From assembly GCF_009834535.1 (NCBI RefSeq), contig NC_045697.1, positions 58,220,001 to 58,284,000 of the forward strand: 64,000 bases of DNA. Direction: 5' to 3'. The stretch is from Camelus ferus. Its lineage: Eukaryota. Positions 14,230 through 28,406 of the stretch are shown here, piece after piece. Below the pieces are notes generated by a model. That model did not search any database, was not told where the DNA came from, and saw only the letters and a program-made list of their open reading frames with translations. Each line of letters opens with the position of its first letter. Within the stretch, counting starts at the first letter, position 1. A program made the translations under genes and the position numbers.

Positions 14230-14800
14230 ATGTTCTGAAGCCATAAAAGAAAATAGTAAGAATTTTAACTACAGAGAAACTAAGAACATATGCATATTAA
14301 AGACACACATAAAGAATAAGTAAAAAATAAATGACAACTCAAAAAAAGTACTATTTGCATATATATGATGAGAAAGAATAAATTTCTTTAATATAAAAGA
14401 AGCCTTTACAAATAAATTTTTCCAAAGAAAAATATGTTATAGGATATAAATATGAAATTTACAGAAAAATAAACAGATAATGATAAATGTATGGTATTTT
14501 GCTCAACCCTATGAAAATAAAATGAATAATCAACTTTTCAGATGTCACAGTAGAAAAAATCATTTCATACATTGTTGTGAATATAAATTAGTGAAAATTC
14601 TAGACATACCTTGGAAATATCTATTAAATTTTTAATGTGGAAAAATATTTGGCTCAGCAATTTCAATTTTAGAAAATTAGCCTAGAGATAAAAATCATAC
14701 AAATACACAAAAATATAGCTACAAATATGTTTATTATCAACTTACTATAAACATAGAAATCTAGAACCAACCTAATTGTCAACTGATAGGTTAAATAATG
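14230..14800 (+). mobile_element. Old L1 ORF2 end/3'UTR fragment
   Basis: ttcatacattgttgtgaatataaattagt...ctcagcaatttcaattttagaaaattagcc...aacctaattgtc. Confidence 0.65.
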
Positions 14801-17287
14801 ATTCATTGAGGTCTTTCAAGGAATCTAGTAATAAGATTCCTCACCCTTTTCCACACTTTATTCCTGAAAAGATTGATATTTCAGTGCAATATTATTATCA
14901 TTAACATCAATAAGGAATAAATTAGGCTATATGCCCTAACTTGAGAGTAACATATTCAATCCAACAGTGAATCCCAGAGTTAGACATATCAGTCAACTAT
15001 TTGATAACTAGTCTCAGGCAAACTTCCTCCCTGAAGGCTTAAGAGACATACTATGAACACTTAGAGCAAGAAGAAATAGAAAATGACTCCGCATTCTCGG
15101 GAGCCTGCTGGGTTTTTCCCAGTTTTACCTATCAGATAGATCCTTCCGTTGGGGAGAGCTAGGCAGGGGTGGGAGGAAGGCAGAAGGAAAGAGACTGGAA
15201 AGTAGTCATGATTTTAGGGAAAATCATCAAAATCAAAATTGTGGAATTTTCCTGAATATTAAGCTATTTTTTTAAAGAGCTCATATTTATTGACAGTAAA
15301 TATAATTTGTTAAAAGGAAAAAAGCATTTTACTTAATAAAATGGCACATTTTGGGCTTTAGAAAAAATAAAGAAGAAATAAAGAAATGTAAAAGTTTCTG
15401 CATGTGTAGAGACATAAACATCTAGAAAGACACATGCAGAAATGTAACATAAGCTATTTGTAGGGAGAGAAATATGCAGGTGAATATGATTAAGAGAAAA
15501 CAGTCTATGACTAAAAGTACAAGAAAAAACTAGAAGGCCATAAAATAATAAAAGTAAAATTAAAGAGAAGATCAAAACCTAAAGCAGATGGGAGTATGTT
15601 ATAACAGTATTGAAATAGTTGAGTGCAAATTAATACTTTTGAGTTTTTCCTTTCTTACTTCTTTACCCTCTGTCCAAACAAAGTGAAAAAATAAAAAGGC
15701 TAATGGCTTTTTTATTATAATCCATCTTTCACAAATTCTAATAAAAATTGAACTAATCTGTATTTAGGTTTAATAGACAAAGAATTTCTAGATTGCATTA
15801 ACTATTAGATTCGTAAGAAATAAAGGATAAATTTTTAGGACTATTTGTGCCCAAGACCAGGATCCTATCACTCTCCCGTATGCTTACATAATAGCCACTT
15901 TCAGTGGCTGTGACTTGTATTTTTCATCCAACCATAGTTTTTTTAATACTTAGTCTGTCGTGTATTTAAACTAAAGTATTAGATGTATACTATGGTAACA
16001 CAAAAAGTCAGATTGTCAAATCTCACTCCCATGAATTAGAGATCTGACCCAGTAATATAGCTTTACTAATAGTTTTGATGTAAAGAATAATCTCAAGGCA
16101 CAGGCCACCAAGGAGAGCCCCAGGATAATGTATACAACTATATACCATACACAGTAGAACTGTCTGGCCATAAAACATCTGCACTTTCTATTCAGACAGC
16201 TACACAGCTTACAGGACCTTTTCCTTCCAGAGAACTTCCCCATAAATTAAAAACTCTGGGTTTTGGGGGTTGTTTTTTTTTTTTTGGTTTCGCTTGTTTG
16301 TTTGTTTGTTTGTTTTACCATAACCTGTTATAGTCAACCTGGTCCAACCTGCTAAAAGTATCCTGTGGAAATGAACTATCCCATTAGCAAGTATCACTGG
16401 TTTGTTTGTCAAAAGTTTTGTCATTCACATACTTAAAAGGTTAGACTGGGTCAACTTCTTTCTTTCTCAGGGAAAGTTTCCCTTAAAAGGAGAGAGTTGA
16501 TTGCAGACTTACTGCTTATCCATTTGCAAGTCAGATTTTTAGATGGATTTCATAAAAGACCCCTCTGCAAAAACACAGATATGCAAATATCAACAACTCA
16601 GGACTAGATATACACAATAAGTGGTTTGAGACACAGAGAACAGAGAGTTATTCATGCTACCCAAATTGGTTAGTAGGCCTCCTTTTTAATTATTAGCTCC
16701 TTAAAATACTATGGACTTCCTAATTTATAAATTTGCATCATCTTTTACTGTACTGGGGTCATAACTAAGACCAAAGAGCTAGAGTGCATTAACTAACAGT
16801 CTTGTGCACCAGAATGCAATTTCAGAATTTATACAAGTTTATAATTGACTAAAGTATTTCTTTCTACCTTCTCCTCTTTGGCACAGGACTAGAGAACTAT
16901 GCTCAACAATACAAACTTTCGTGCCTGACTAAAATAATCATTAAATGTGGCTAAGTATAGTCAGACAAAAGCATATTAACCTTAATTAATGTAGTTAATG
17001 TGATAAATGTAGTTAAGTTGTTAAAATAATGAGGCACTTTATAGTCATTTCATAGAATATTGTCTTTACTACAGATATACATCTATTTTATCACACTAGT
17101 AAGATTTTGTTTGTTTTCTTTGATATATCTCTAATATGATAGTAAGAAAACATCTGGCAGTAGAATTGTTCACAATGTTATTAAAAGTTAGTAAAAAGAA
17201 ATCGATATTTGAACAATTTTCGAAGTCCAGATGTCAAAATCCAATGAAAACTTTAAAAACTGTAATCTCATTAACATGCCTCTGGCA

Positions 17288-17381
17288 GAGCCAATGCACC
17301 CTCACTTACTGTCCACCAAAAGTATATAAATCACTAACTGCTAGATAAAAGGACCATATTCCTAAAAAGCGTTCTGTGAGT
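17288..17381 (+). promoter_or_regulatory. Putative Pol II core promoter (CCAAT, TATA, Inr) with a nearby splice donor
   Basis: CCAAT 17291-17295, TATATAAA 17323-17330, Inr-like CCATATT (A at 17356), TCT|GTGAGT at 17375/17376. Motif evidence only. Confidence 0.3.
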
Positions 17382-18489
17382 ATTATTAATATGTTTGAAG
17401 CTCTGTTTGTTCTTATTCTTATTAAAGGACTTAGTATATCTGTCTTCAAAACCATGATGACATATGTTTTCCAAAGCATTGCTCATCTCAACTCAAATTT
17501 GGATGAAAGTGGGCAATTTTGAATTCAATTAATTCTTGTTTATCCTAATCATCTTTCCTGTATTTCACACAGACTTGAACTGTTACATGACTTTTTACTA
17601 ATTTGACATATTAAATTTAAATATAAGCTAATTATTACTATGTCAATTAGTAAAATATATGTAGGCTTTAAAAAATGGGCTGAATCATCTTAATTTATAC
17701 ATAATCTATTAAGTAAAAACTGCTATTCTAATAAATGATAATGTGACAAATTAAGACATAAAATTTGATTGGTACTTTGAAATTTAACTTAATTGGTGAT
17801 TGCTAACCTAATTAGCAAATGCAATAAACTTAGTGAAGTGTTTCATTTGGGAAAAAAGAAAAATTTAATAATGCAAACAGTAGGAAAAATTAATAAATTT
17901 AAATTGTACTCACTTCACCACTTAAGACTTGATCTTACAAACAGGAAGCTCTCTCTAAGAGATAATTTAACCTATGGTGACTCCAGATCTGTCTTGTATC
18001 TCATGAACTCTCCTGGGGATCAACATTTTGTTATTTAAAGAACATGCCAGATATACATATCTGTGTTTGACAGTAGCAATAATAGTTCAAGTTTATTAAT
18101 TAAAGAGAGAGAGATAATATTGGAGAGCAGCCATTCCCTGATTGGGAATAGTTGCTGGAAAACTTTCTAAAAAATTCTTTATATAGGTCTTAAAAATCCT
18201 GGCACCACCATTCTTATGAAACATATGGCATTACTAGTCTGTACCTATTATGTTAAACAAAATAAAACAGCTATGTGTGCTCTTTCCAAGTGATATATTG
18301 CATGTCTGCAACAAAGAGGGAAAGAAAAATGCAGTGTCTACAAATTCTTTTTTAAAGGCTTCTTTATTTAAACATCAAGCTCGATCATTGCTCTTTGACC
18401 TAGAAACTAACCCCAATTTGTCAAAGAGTAAGTTATCTGATTCTCAATGGTCACATAAGTGAGAAGATAGTTTCTGTAGCAGCAAAACA

Positions 18490-19775
18490 TTTAGTCATTC
18501 ACGTGCTAAGTTATTTACTGACTGCCTAATACCAACAGACAGTGGTAAAGTTGCTTGAGATGCAAAACCAAACAAGACAGACAAGGTCCCTGCCTTCAGT
18601 GACCTTACATGGTGGTGGGAAAGGAAGATAATAGTCAGATAATCAATTGAGGTATAACTGGATGTCAAACAGGTGACTAGAATATGAAAACAAATAGGTA
18701 GGTATATGTATGACTGAACTATTATGCTTTACACCAGAAATTGGCCCTACATTGTAAACTAACTATACTTCAATTTTTAAAAAAATGAGAAAAAATGGGT
18801 GACAAATAGCAGGAGAAAAATAAAGCAGTGGAAGGACTGCTACTTTAGGAAGGGTGTCATGATAAGCCTATTTATAGAGCAGAAACCTTAGGGATGTGAG
18901 GGAGAAAACTGTATGAATTTCTGGGAAGAACTTTCCAAAGAAAGTAAGTATCAGATGTAAAGGTGCTATGGATGGAACAGTGAGGAGATCAGTGTGCCTA
19001 TAACAGAGCAAGGCAGAGGGAGACTGGTAGATGTTAAGGTTAGAAAAGTAGATCTGAGTGAACCACTTGGGTTGTTGTAAATCTTACTAAGGATTGGCAT
19101 GGTTTTTTCTAGGTGTGATAGGGAAACAGAGGAGGGTTTGGAGCAGGGGAATTATGATTTATTTTTTTAAGGGATCATCTGACTGTTGTAAGAAGAGACT
19201 GTTGGGGCTAGGGTCTAGACTATAAACAGTCATCTTGTTTGGAGTCTATTGTAGTAATAAAGGTAAGAGAGTTTGGTGATTTTGCTCCAGAGAGGTAGCT
19301 CTGGAGGGGATCAGAAGTGGTAAAATTTTGGAATACATTTTGAAATAGAGCTAACAAATCTTGCTGCTTCAAAGGATTCAAGATTGAAAGCAAAGATAGT
19401 AAGATTTGCTTATTAGCATGATGAATTGTGAAAGAAAGAAGTCAAGGATTTCTCCAGGTTCTTAGTCTGAGCAACAGAGAGAATGGATTATTTACTAAAA
19501 TATGGACGACTTAGGGAGGATAAATTCTTTTTTGAGGTGGCTGGGTGGAGATTATCAAACGTTGACTTTGCACATGTTAATTTTGATTTGCCTCTCAGTT
19601 GAGCAAGATAATATGTTGAGTAGAGAGTCAGATCTATTAGCCAAAAAGTCATAGAGAAAAAAGAAGGTTGAAGAAATGTATTTAATAAGATTTACCTTTG
19701 AGCATAAGATAATGTCTGAGCCATAGGACTGAATGGATTACCTAAGCAGTGCACACAAGTAACAAAGAGAGGGGT
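18490..19775 (-). mobile_element. L2 LINE fragment hosting a short younger L1 insertion
   Basis: tcattcac...ttatttactgactgccta...acaaggtccctgccttcagtgaccttacat, followed by a long purine-rich L2 body. Confidence 0.75.
18678..18792 (+). mobile_element. 5'-truncated cetartiodactyl-type L1 3' end with TSD
   Basis: gaatatgaaaac...tgactgaactattatgctttacaccagaaattg...ctatacttcaattttt plus A tail; flanked by aaacaggtgac (18667-18677) and aaatgggtgac (18793-18803). Confidence 0.8.
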
Positions 19776-20069
19776 GTTTGTGTTCTATCTGATAGTGTAT
19801 ATATTCAGAAATATCTCTTGTGGTTGATACCCACTAAGATTGCACTTGGAAAATAAAGTTTCCCAAGTGATTCAACTTCCTCATACAAATTACATTCCCA
19901 AAGGGATATCATCTCTTCTATAATGGGGTGTGTGTGTTTAATCCTATTTGGATAACGTATTGGATAATATGCAACAAGTATATACTTCTTGTTACTTGTC
20001 CCTGGTATGCATTTTCTCAGACATTTGCATTTTTCATCTCTTTGAAAAAGTATTTCCCATTGTTCTTTA

Positions 20070-23000
20070 AGTTATGGTGTAATAATTGGAATCAGACTTG
20101 CCCTCCTGAGGTAAAGAACTAAAAAGCTAAACAAAATTCATGAGTCAACTGCTTTCAAGCATGGGGTAAAAGGCAGTACAGTAAAGTAATCTTTGAAGGA
20201 AGAAAACATATAAGGTAAACCCTACATTTGCATCAGCTTTCTGCCTAGGGGTGTGTCCCACACCACAGTGCAGAGAGATGGAGTCTAAGCACAGCATGGG
20301 ATTCTCAGTAAGCTAAGCAAGTTGGACAGCAGAAGAGGATAGAATTTGCAGGGTACAGTATCAGAGAGAAGGGAGATACATTGAGGGTGTGGTAGGCAAA
20401 ACCCTAAAATGACGCCATGGTCCCTGTCTCTTGGTATAAATGTTTTTCGTAGGCATTAGGATTGTGAATACAATATATTTTACTCACAAGATCAGGTTGT
20501 TACATAGCACATTTAACTTTGAAAAAGAAAGATTACCTGGGATGAACCTGACCTGGTTAGGCGAGTTCCTCAGTTTTCTCTAGCTAGCCACAGAGGAAGC
20601 AAAGAGATAGTCCTTCTAGCTGAAAAGAAAAGCCACAGCCATGTTGTAAAATGTCTTTTGTGGGAACCTGGTAAGGAATATAAGCAGCTTCTAGGAGTTG
20701 AGTGGTCCCTGGCTGATGGTCAACAAGGAAGCAGGGACCTCAGTCCTACAGTTGCAAAAAACTAAATTCTTCCAGTGATCTGATTATTAGAAGAAGACAT
20801 CCAAATCTGTGTGGAGATTTACTGTAAGTCTTTGGACAGGTGCTTAACAACAGAATAAGATCCTGCGAGCACTAAGAACACTAAGTAAGAGACTAAGTAA
20901 GAACAGATCTAAGATACCAGAGGTCATGCAGTGCTGTGAAGTACTGAAGTTCTGGCCCAGCCAGAGAACTCCCTGAGTACCTAGTTTCAGTTGAAACCCC
21001 GGGATGGTCACACATCAAGAATGATAAATGCTTTCTACGCTAATGGGCATGCTTTAGGACAAAAATGAAATTATCATTCACAAAAAAATAAAGTCATTTC
21101 TGATGATACCAAAAGATCCCCCTATAAACAACTGCCTACTAGAACAAGTTTAACACCCTTAGGAGAAGACAAAATAAGCAAAATTCCCTATATCATAGCA
21201 TTGACAATATATAGCCTATAACAAATCACTGAAGAGCAGAAAAGAATGAAAATATAACATATGAATGGGGGATGGTGGGAGGAAGCAGCCAAGAGAAATA
21301 TGCCAGAAGACCCAGATATTAGAACTGATAAACAAGGATTTTGAATGGCAATTATCATTATGTGTAAAAAAATTAAAGGAAAAGAAGAATATATGAATAA
21401 GCAGAATTTAAGCAAAAACATGGAAAATGTAAAAAAAAGAACCTACAGGAAATATCAAAGATGGAAAGTGTATTATCTAAGATGAAAAACTGCACTGGAT
21501 GGATTTAGCAGCATATTGAAAACAATAAAAGAAATGGTCAGTTAATATGAAGTCAGAGCCATAGAATTATTCTAAAGGAGAGAAAAAAAAGATTGGGGAA
21601 AAAAAATGAACAGGTTCTAAGTGATTTGTTGGATAATCTCAAGTGATCTAACCATATATATAGTTTGCATCTCTAAAAAAGAGGGATCCAAAATTAGATG
21701 GAAAAAACTTGAAGTACTTGTCAAAAAGTTTCAAAATTTGTGTAGAAAATCTAAACTACAGATCCTAAAATCTAAGCATGATAAAAAGAAAACCACACCT
21801 AGGTGTATCATAGGCAAATTGCCGAAGACGTATGATAAAGCAGACAGAATAAAAACAGCCAAAGGAGAAACACATTATATACAAAATATGACTGACTCCT
21901 TATCAAAGATAATGGAAAAACTGCTTTAAAGTGTGCCAATGCAGGATTCTATACCCAATACAAATGAAAACATTTTGAGATAAACAAAAACTGAAAAAAA
22001 CACATTGCCAAAGGGCCTTAAATGAATATAAATGCTAAAGAAATTTTATCAAATGAAACTAAAAAATACAGGAAATATAAATATACAGACAAATATAAAA
22101 ATTGTTTTCCTCTTTTAAGACTGGTCAATGAAAAAAAAAGATAACAGTATCCTATACGGTAATACTGCACACAGAAGTGAAATTATTTATGATAAAAGTA
22201 ACAAAAAGGTTGAAAGGCATAAATGGAATTATACTTTTACGAGGTTCTTACATTTCACATAAAGTAGGTACAATGTTAACTAAAAGCAGACTTTAGTATG
22301 TTAAAGATGCACATTGTAATAACTAGAACAACTACTAGAAAAAAGAAATTAAAGAGTTACAATTATAAAGGCTTTAAACGAGTTAAAATGGAATCCAAAA
22401 AAGGGGGGGAGTGGTTAATTTGAAATAATGAACACAGAAAACAAGGAAGGAAGAAACAACAAAAATTACATTTTAAAAGATGGAACAAATGGAAAATAAA
22501 CACTATGGTGATATATCAAAATCCCAATCATAGGAATAATTGCATTAAATATAAATCTATTAAACACTACTATTTTGAGAGGTTGTCAGATTGGATTAAA
22601 AGGAAAGAAGATCCTACTATATTCTGTTGTCAATAAATGCATTTGAAATATGAGATGAAGTGTAGAAAGAAAAAAGTATGACAAAAAAAAAATACCACCC
22701 ATTTTGTTTAGCTAAATTAATATCAAAACACACTTGAAGACAGGAAATATTTTCAGAGATAAATAAGTATATTTCAGACTATAAAAGGTAACTATCATCT
22801 GAAAAACATAATCTTTTAAATATACAGACCTAAAAAAATAGAGCTTCAAAACACTTGAAGGAAAAGCTCACAGTGCTAGTGAGAGAGAGGAAAAATTAAA
22901 ATCTTTATTGGAAGCATTTTCATTTTCTAATAATTGGTAGATCAACTAGACAAAAAAATTCAGTAAGGATATAGAAGATTTGAATTATCAACCAACATGA

Positions 23001-24475
23001 GTTAACTAATATTTATAGAACACTTCAGCCCAAAACTACAGGATACACATTCACACACCTTCTATCTGCACATGTAACATTTACCAAGACAAACAATATA
23101 CTGAGCTATATAAAAGGTCTCAATAAATTTCAAAAGACTGAAAATGTCCATAGTGTTTTGTGACCATAACTAAAACATATTCAAAATCAGTTAACAGTCA
23201 AACATCTTAAAAACCCATATTTTGAAAGTAAACAACACTGCTAAATAAGGCATGGGTCATATGAGCAAATTTTTTCAAACGGAATGATTGTGAAAACACA
23301 ATGAAATACAGTGCAGTTTAAAAAGTACCACCTGTGGATTTACAGCTTTAAAATGCTTCTATTAGAACCATAACTTAAATAATATCAATAGGCTAAGCTT
23401 CTCATTTAAAAATCTACATTAATAGAAGAAAATTAAACCCAAACTAAGTGGAATAATGAAATAATAAGGTAAGAGCAGAAATCAATGATGCAGGAAAACA
23501 AGGAGAAAATAAAAAAAGAATGAAAAGCACAGAGAAATGGGAAAAATTAATGATAACAAAAACACCTAATGTATACATACTCAATGCTGAAAATGCATGT
23601 ATCTGACAAAGGATTTATATCCAGAATGTATAAAGGATGTTTATAAATACATAATAAAACAACCCTAAAAGGCTTAAAAAAATTGACAAAGAACTTGATC
23701 AGATACTTCACAAGAGAAAAATATAATGTGTGTTAATAAGCATACGAGGTTTAAAAATCATTTGCCTGAAGGAAAATGAAAATTGAAATCATGATGAGAC
23801 ATCACTTTACACCCATAAGAATGGCTAAAATTCAAAAGACTGATAACAATGAATGTTGGAGAGGATTTGGAGAAACAAGGGCTCTGATACATTGCTATCC
23901 CCAGTGGGAATGTAAAATGATACAACTACTTTGGAAAATAGTTTGATAGTTTCTTATAAATTTAAATATAATTAAAATTCTAAGCATTCACCCAAAAGCA
24001 TGGAAAACATATGTCTACAAAAAGAATTATATAAGAATGTCATAACAGCTTAATTCATAAGAGCCCCTACTTGGAAGCAACCCTACTTGGAAAATTCCCA
24101 TCAAAATGAGACTGGACAAACAAATTCTGAAATATACATCAATGGATTACTATTTAACAATGAAAAAAAGAATGAAATGTTAATATGCAACTTGCATAAA
24201 TCTCAGTAACATTTAGGCTGATCAATGGAAGCAAACAAGAGTATGACTTCATTTGTACGAAATTCAACAGGAGGCAAAACTGATCTATGTTGATGAAAAT
24301 CAGATCATCTTTGCCTTTATGGGTGAAGAGTGACTGCAGAGACACAGGTGGAAATATTTTGAGGTGATCGTAATACTCAATATCTTTACTGGGATATTAG
24401 TTACACAGGTTTTATGTTTGCCAAACTCAAAGCACAAGTTTCACCCTGTGTAACTTCACCTCAACTTAAAAAAAT
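20070..24475 (+). mobile_element. Ancient L1 with 5' region, ORF1, ORF2 endonuclease region and 3' end; RT core apparently missing
   Basis: ORF 21621-21929 contains KKTTPRCIIGKL (L1 ORF1 TPRHIIxKL motif). EN-like sequence lies at ~22530-23500 (gtcagattggattaaaagg, aggtctcaataaatttc). ORF2 C-terminal/3'UTR motifs start at ~23595 (tatctgacaaaggatttatatccagaat). Confidence 0.85.
20388..20800 (+). mobile_element. MLT1 (D/E/F-like) LTR fragment within the L1 5' region
   Basis: tgtggtaggcaaaaccctaaaatgac...cagcttctaggagttgag...gggacctcagtcctacagttgcaa. Confidence 0.7.
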
Positions 24476-24524
24476 ACTATATATTATAAATATATTGTAT
24501 GTGTATATATAGTATTTAAAATAG

Positions 24525-24740
24525 TCACTCTCCCCAACACATATATACTTTTACTTTACTTTTTTTTCATAACAACTTACTGTTACTTGACATAATGCTA
24601 TATACCCATTTATTTGCTTACAGTCTGGCTACCCCATCAGAATATAAATTCCGTAAGAGAATGAATTTTGTCTTGTTCAACATTCAATCCACAATACTTA
24701 GAACATTGCTTAAAATTAAGTAAGTGCTTAGCAGTAAGTC
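24525..24740 (+). mobile_element. L2 3'-end fragment
   Basis: cagaatataaattccgtaagagaatgaattttgtcttgttca...agaacattgctta. Confidence 0.65.
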
Positions 24741-25550
24741 CTAACACATATGAATTGCCTCATAGCACTCAGTGTGCAGGTACTGACATTTTCTTTTGCC
24801 AAAACAAATATGGTCTACATACCAGACCTCCACTTACTAGTCATTGTGAGTTTTTTTTCTTTCCAGTGATCCAGAACTCAGTGGTTTCATAGCCCAGAAA
24901 ATAAATATCAGAGGCAGCCTCCATTCATTAATCTCTCCTAGTATCTGTTGATGCTATTCATTGTCCACATGGTATATTCACCAGCAACTAGTCCTAGGAA
25001 GAGAATATGCTCCCTTCCAGTCCCCTCTTTCCAAACTGGTCAAAACCTTGTTTCTACAGGCACAGTGGTTAGTGCACCATTCTTCTTACTAGCACTCCAC
25101 AGCCTTCCCTGTCTGAAGAAAAATTTTCCTTAATGAACAAATATAAACTCAAACATGATTGATCTCTTCTCCAGGGCTCAAAAATTATGTAGTCATTTTT
25201 TCTTTTATTTATTCTTCAGCCCTTTAAGAGTGATGTATCAAATAGAAATAGCTACATGCTCCATCAAGTCACCAGGAAGGAGAGGCATCCACATAAAGAA
25301 CAGAAGCTCCTCAATCCTAGCACAGAAAAAGTGGAAGAGGGCATGAAGAGAGAAACAAGGAATACTGGACTTGCGAGACGTGTTAATGTATGCCTATGCA
25401 CCATTTAACTCCTGTTCAGCCCCAGGCCTGAAATGGTGGCACTATCCCAGGAAAAGCTGAGCAAACTTTAGCAAAAACAGAATTTAAGGTTTTCTCTTTC
25501 TTTTTTTAATCAACTTGATAGCAATAGCAGTCAGAATTATTATTTAAGTT

Positions 25551-25652
25551 GTATATATATTTACATATGTATATATCAGGCCTAATTTAACATACACACA
25601 TACATTTACACACATATACATATATACATTTACACACACATATATATATGTA
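25551..25652. repeat. (TA)n/(CA)n low-complexity repeat
   Basis: Directly visible. Confidence 0.85.
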
Positions 25653-27199
25653 GATATCATAGTTACTACAAAACAATGCAGTGGTCCCCCAACCCCTAAG
25701 GATATTTAATCTGGTTCTTATAAAGCAAAAAATAATAATAATAATTTAATACATTCTTAAGATCTTCCTACATTAAATTTTCTATGACCTTGGGTTACAC
25801 CAAAATTTGTCACTGAACATATTTTTCCATATTTATGTAACCAAAGCTATACTATAGAACCTAATTTAGTAAAGAAACATTTTTAAATAAAAAAAAGAAA
25901 ATATAGACCCAACTTACTCATATATGGCACATTTGGATGTTCAGTTATGTTTTTTATTAAGTCCAGACATTGGGAAACATTGGCAATATATTATTGAGAA
26001 GTCCTGACATCATCTGGGAAAAGTTTGGGCCAAAAATGAAAAGATTATATGAGATTTAAGAACATCTAAGAATTAAAAGACTATTCCAAGTATTGGGTTC
26101 TTTTAAAAATCCTGGGATGAGCATACTATTACACACTGAAGTGACAGCTTTTAATTTTCAAAATACAAGAGAATCTTCTGTTTAATGACTTTTTTTTTTA
26201 CATTTACACCAAAATTTTTATTAATTTAGTTAAAAAAAAAAAAGCTTCTCTACTCTCCTCCATCCTCTGACAAGCCTTCATTTGTCACTCTCAATGGATG
26301 ACCCTATTTCACCAAGAAGCTAGAAATTACCAGATCTGAACAATTCTTAACCTCTTATCTGTATTTGTAGCTGTTCTTTGTTAACCTTTGTCTTTTTATA
26401 ACGGAGTAAGTGTGCAACCCCTCCAGCTGTATCCTAATCTCATTCCACTAAGAAAATAATATATTTACTCATCATCTCTCCTATATTATTAACCTCTCCT
26501 GTCTATTACCTCCTTTATATCCACCTTAAAAAAATCATTTGATCACATTTCCTCATGGGGTTACTAGTCTTCTATCCCCTGCCCTTTGTTAAAAGTTGAA
26601 GTGTGAGGTTTGGTTGGAATTACACAGTATTCAGAACAAGGGAACCAGGATTGCTTAAATCCTAATCTATTAACTCTCTGCAGCAAGGTCTCAACAGAAA
26701 GTATATCACTTTATTAAGAGTAGGCAAGAATTTGATAGCCTACTTAACTCACATGCTCCAAATTAGCTTGAAGAATTAGCTTTATCTCTGAAGACCTATG
26801 TGAGGCCATGTTCTTCTTCTCTGCTCAATAAGAAAAAGCAGAACTGGAGAATGGGCACTGTACTTATACCCATTTTCAGTGGTCAGAATATAGAGAACAA
26901 ATAGAGACTCAGCATTATTTGTCCTAGTATTTAGATCCTACCTAGGATTGACAGTAGAAAAACAAGCCTCTGTACAGAGATGCTAAACTTTAAAACACAG
27001 CAAATCATCCCCCACTCCAATAAAATGTAACTCAGTTAGTGCCCTGGGCTCTAACCAATCATATGAACGACACTTCTTTACTTGGAGGTGGAGATGGGGA
27101 AAATAGGAAAGACATGCATAGAGGCAGAATAAGGAAAGAGAGGTTCAAATGACCAAGTTAACTTCTTTCTTGTCTACATTTCTTCTCCTTCTATGACTC

Positions 27200-27900
27200 T
27201 TCAATTCTTGCCAGAAATTTCTCACTGTATCTCTTGAGACCTTCATGCCAGTTCATCTAATGGTCATCTTTCAGGCCACATCTCATTTGACCCTCCCACC
27301 AAACGCCCAGTGTTATCTGACATGATTTACCACTAACTAATGCTTTGAACACTTCCTTTCCTTAGCTTCAATAACAAAAGATTTTCTTATCTTTTTCTCC
27401 TATCTTACTGGCTCTTCACCCTCAAGGACATTTAACAACTCTATCAGTAATTAATATTCTTTGACTTAGAGGTATAATCATCCCCTAAAACTTGCTCCTA
27501 TTCCAGTTTTCCCATTTCGCTATATGTCAAATAAGTTCTTCAATTAGAACCTGATCATTGTCCTTGATTCCTCCCTAACATTTCTTATTTATATCCTCTA
27601 GCTAAGTCTTGTTAAGTACTCTGACATATTACTTAAATGTCTCCATTTCTTTCCATTCCCATTATTTCTTGTGGAGAGAAGGCTGATTTCTTACCTAAAA
27701 TGTATTCCTTTCAGGTTTCCATGAATCCACTCTTGATCGTATCTAATCCATCCTTACTACCATCGACTGAACTTCCTAAAAGGCATGTCTAATTTTGTCA
27801 CTCCCTTCAATAAATTTTTATCATCTTTTGGATCAAGTTCAAGAACTAACAAAGCTCTACACGCTCTAGATGTTATTTACTCTACTGTTCCATCTCACAG
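27200..27900 (+). mobile_element. L2 fragments
   Basis: Pyrimidine-rich L2 body motifs (aacacttcctttccttagcttc, ccttgattcctccct, ttttgtcactcccttc). Confidence 0.6.
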
Positions 27901-28029
27901 AATTTTCCTTTTGTTTATTACAGGCCAGTCGCAATGCTTACTCAATGAATGGTGATACACTATCTAGATCAGGGCAATACTTATCAATTATTTATTATTC
28001 TATCAGGGACTCCAGTGTTTTTAAGCCTT

Positions 28030-28406
28030 GTATTAGTTTGTTAGAGCTGTCATAACAAAATAACCCACTTAGGTAGCTTAAAGAAAAGAAATTTATTATC
28101 TCATAAATCTGAAGTCTGAGATCAAGATAACAGCATATTTAGTTCTTCTGAGGTCTTTTTCCTTGCCCTATAGATGGCCTTCTCCTTCTGAGGAGACGTG
28201 ATCTTCTTCTGGTGTCAGTCTCTGTGTCCAAATTTCCTCTTCTTATAAGATCAGTCATACTGGATTCGGGTCCACCATAAAGACTTCATTTTAATTTAAT
28301 CACCCTTTTTAAAGACTTAATCTCCAAATATGGTTACATTCTAAGGTACTAGGGGTTAGGACTTCAAAATATGAATTTGGAGGGGCACTGCAATTAACCC
28401 ATAATA
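28030..28406 (-). mobile_element. MLT1A/B-type MaLR solo LTR
   Basis: TGTATTAGTTTGTTAGAGCTGTCATAACAAAA ... gggttaggacttcaaaatatgaatttgg...aattaacccataata. Confidence 0.88.

Noticed and set aside
21621..21929. Host protein-coding gene
   Set aside because: Remnant of L1 ORF1 inside a decayed element.
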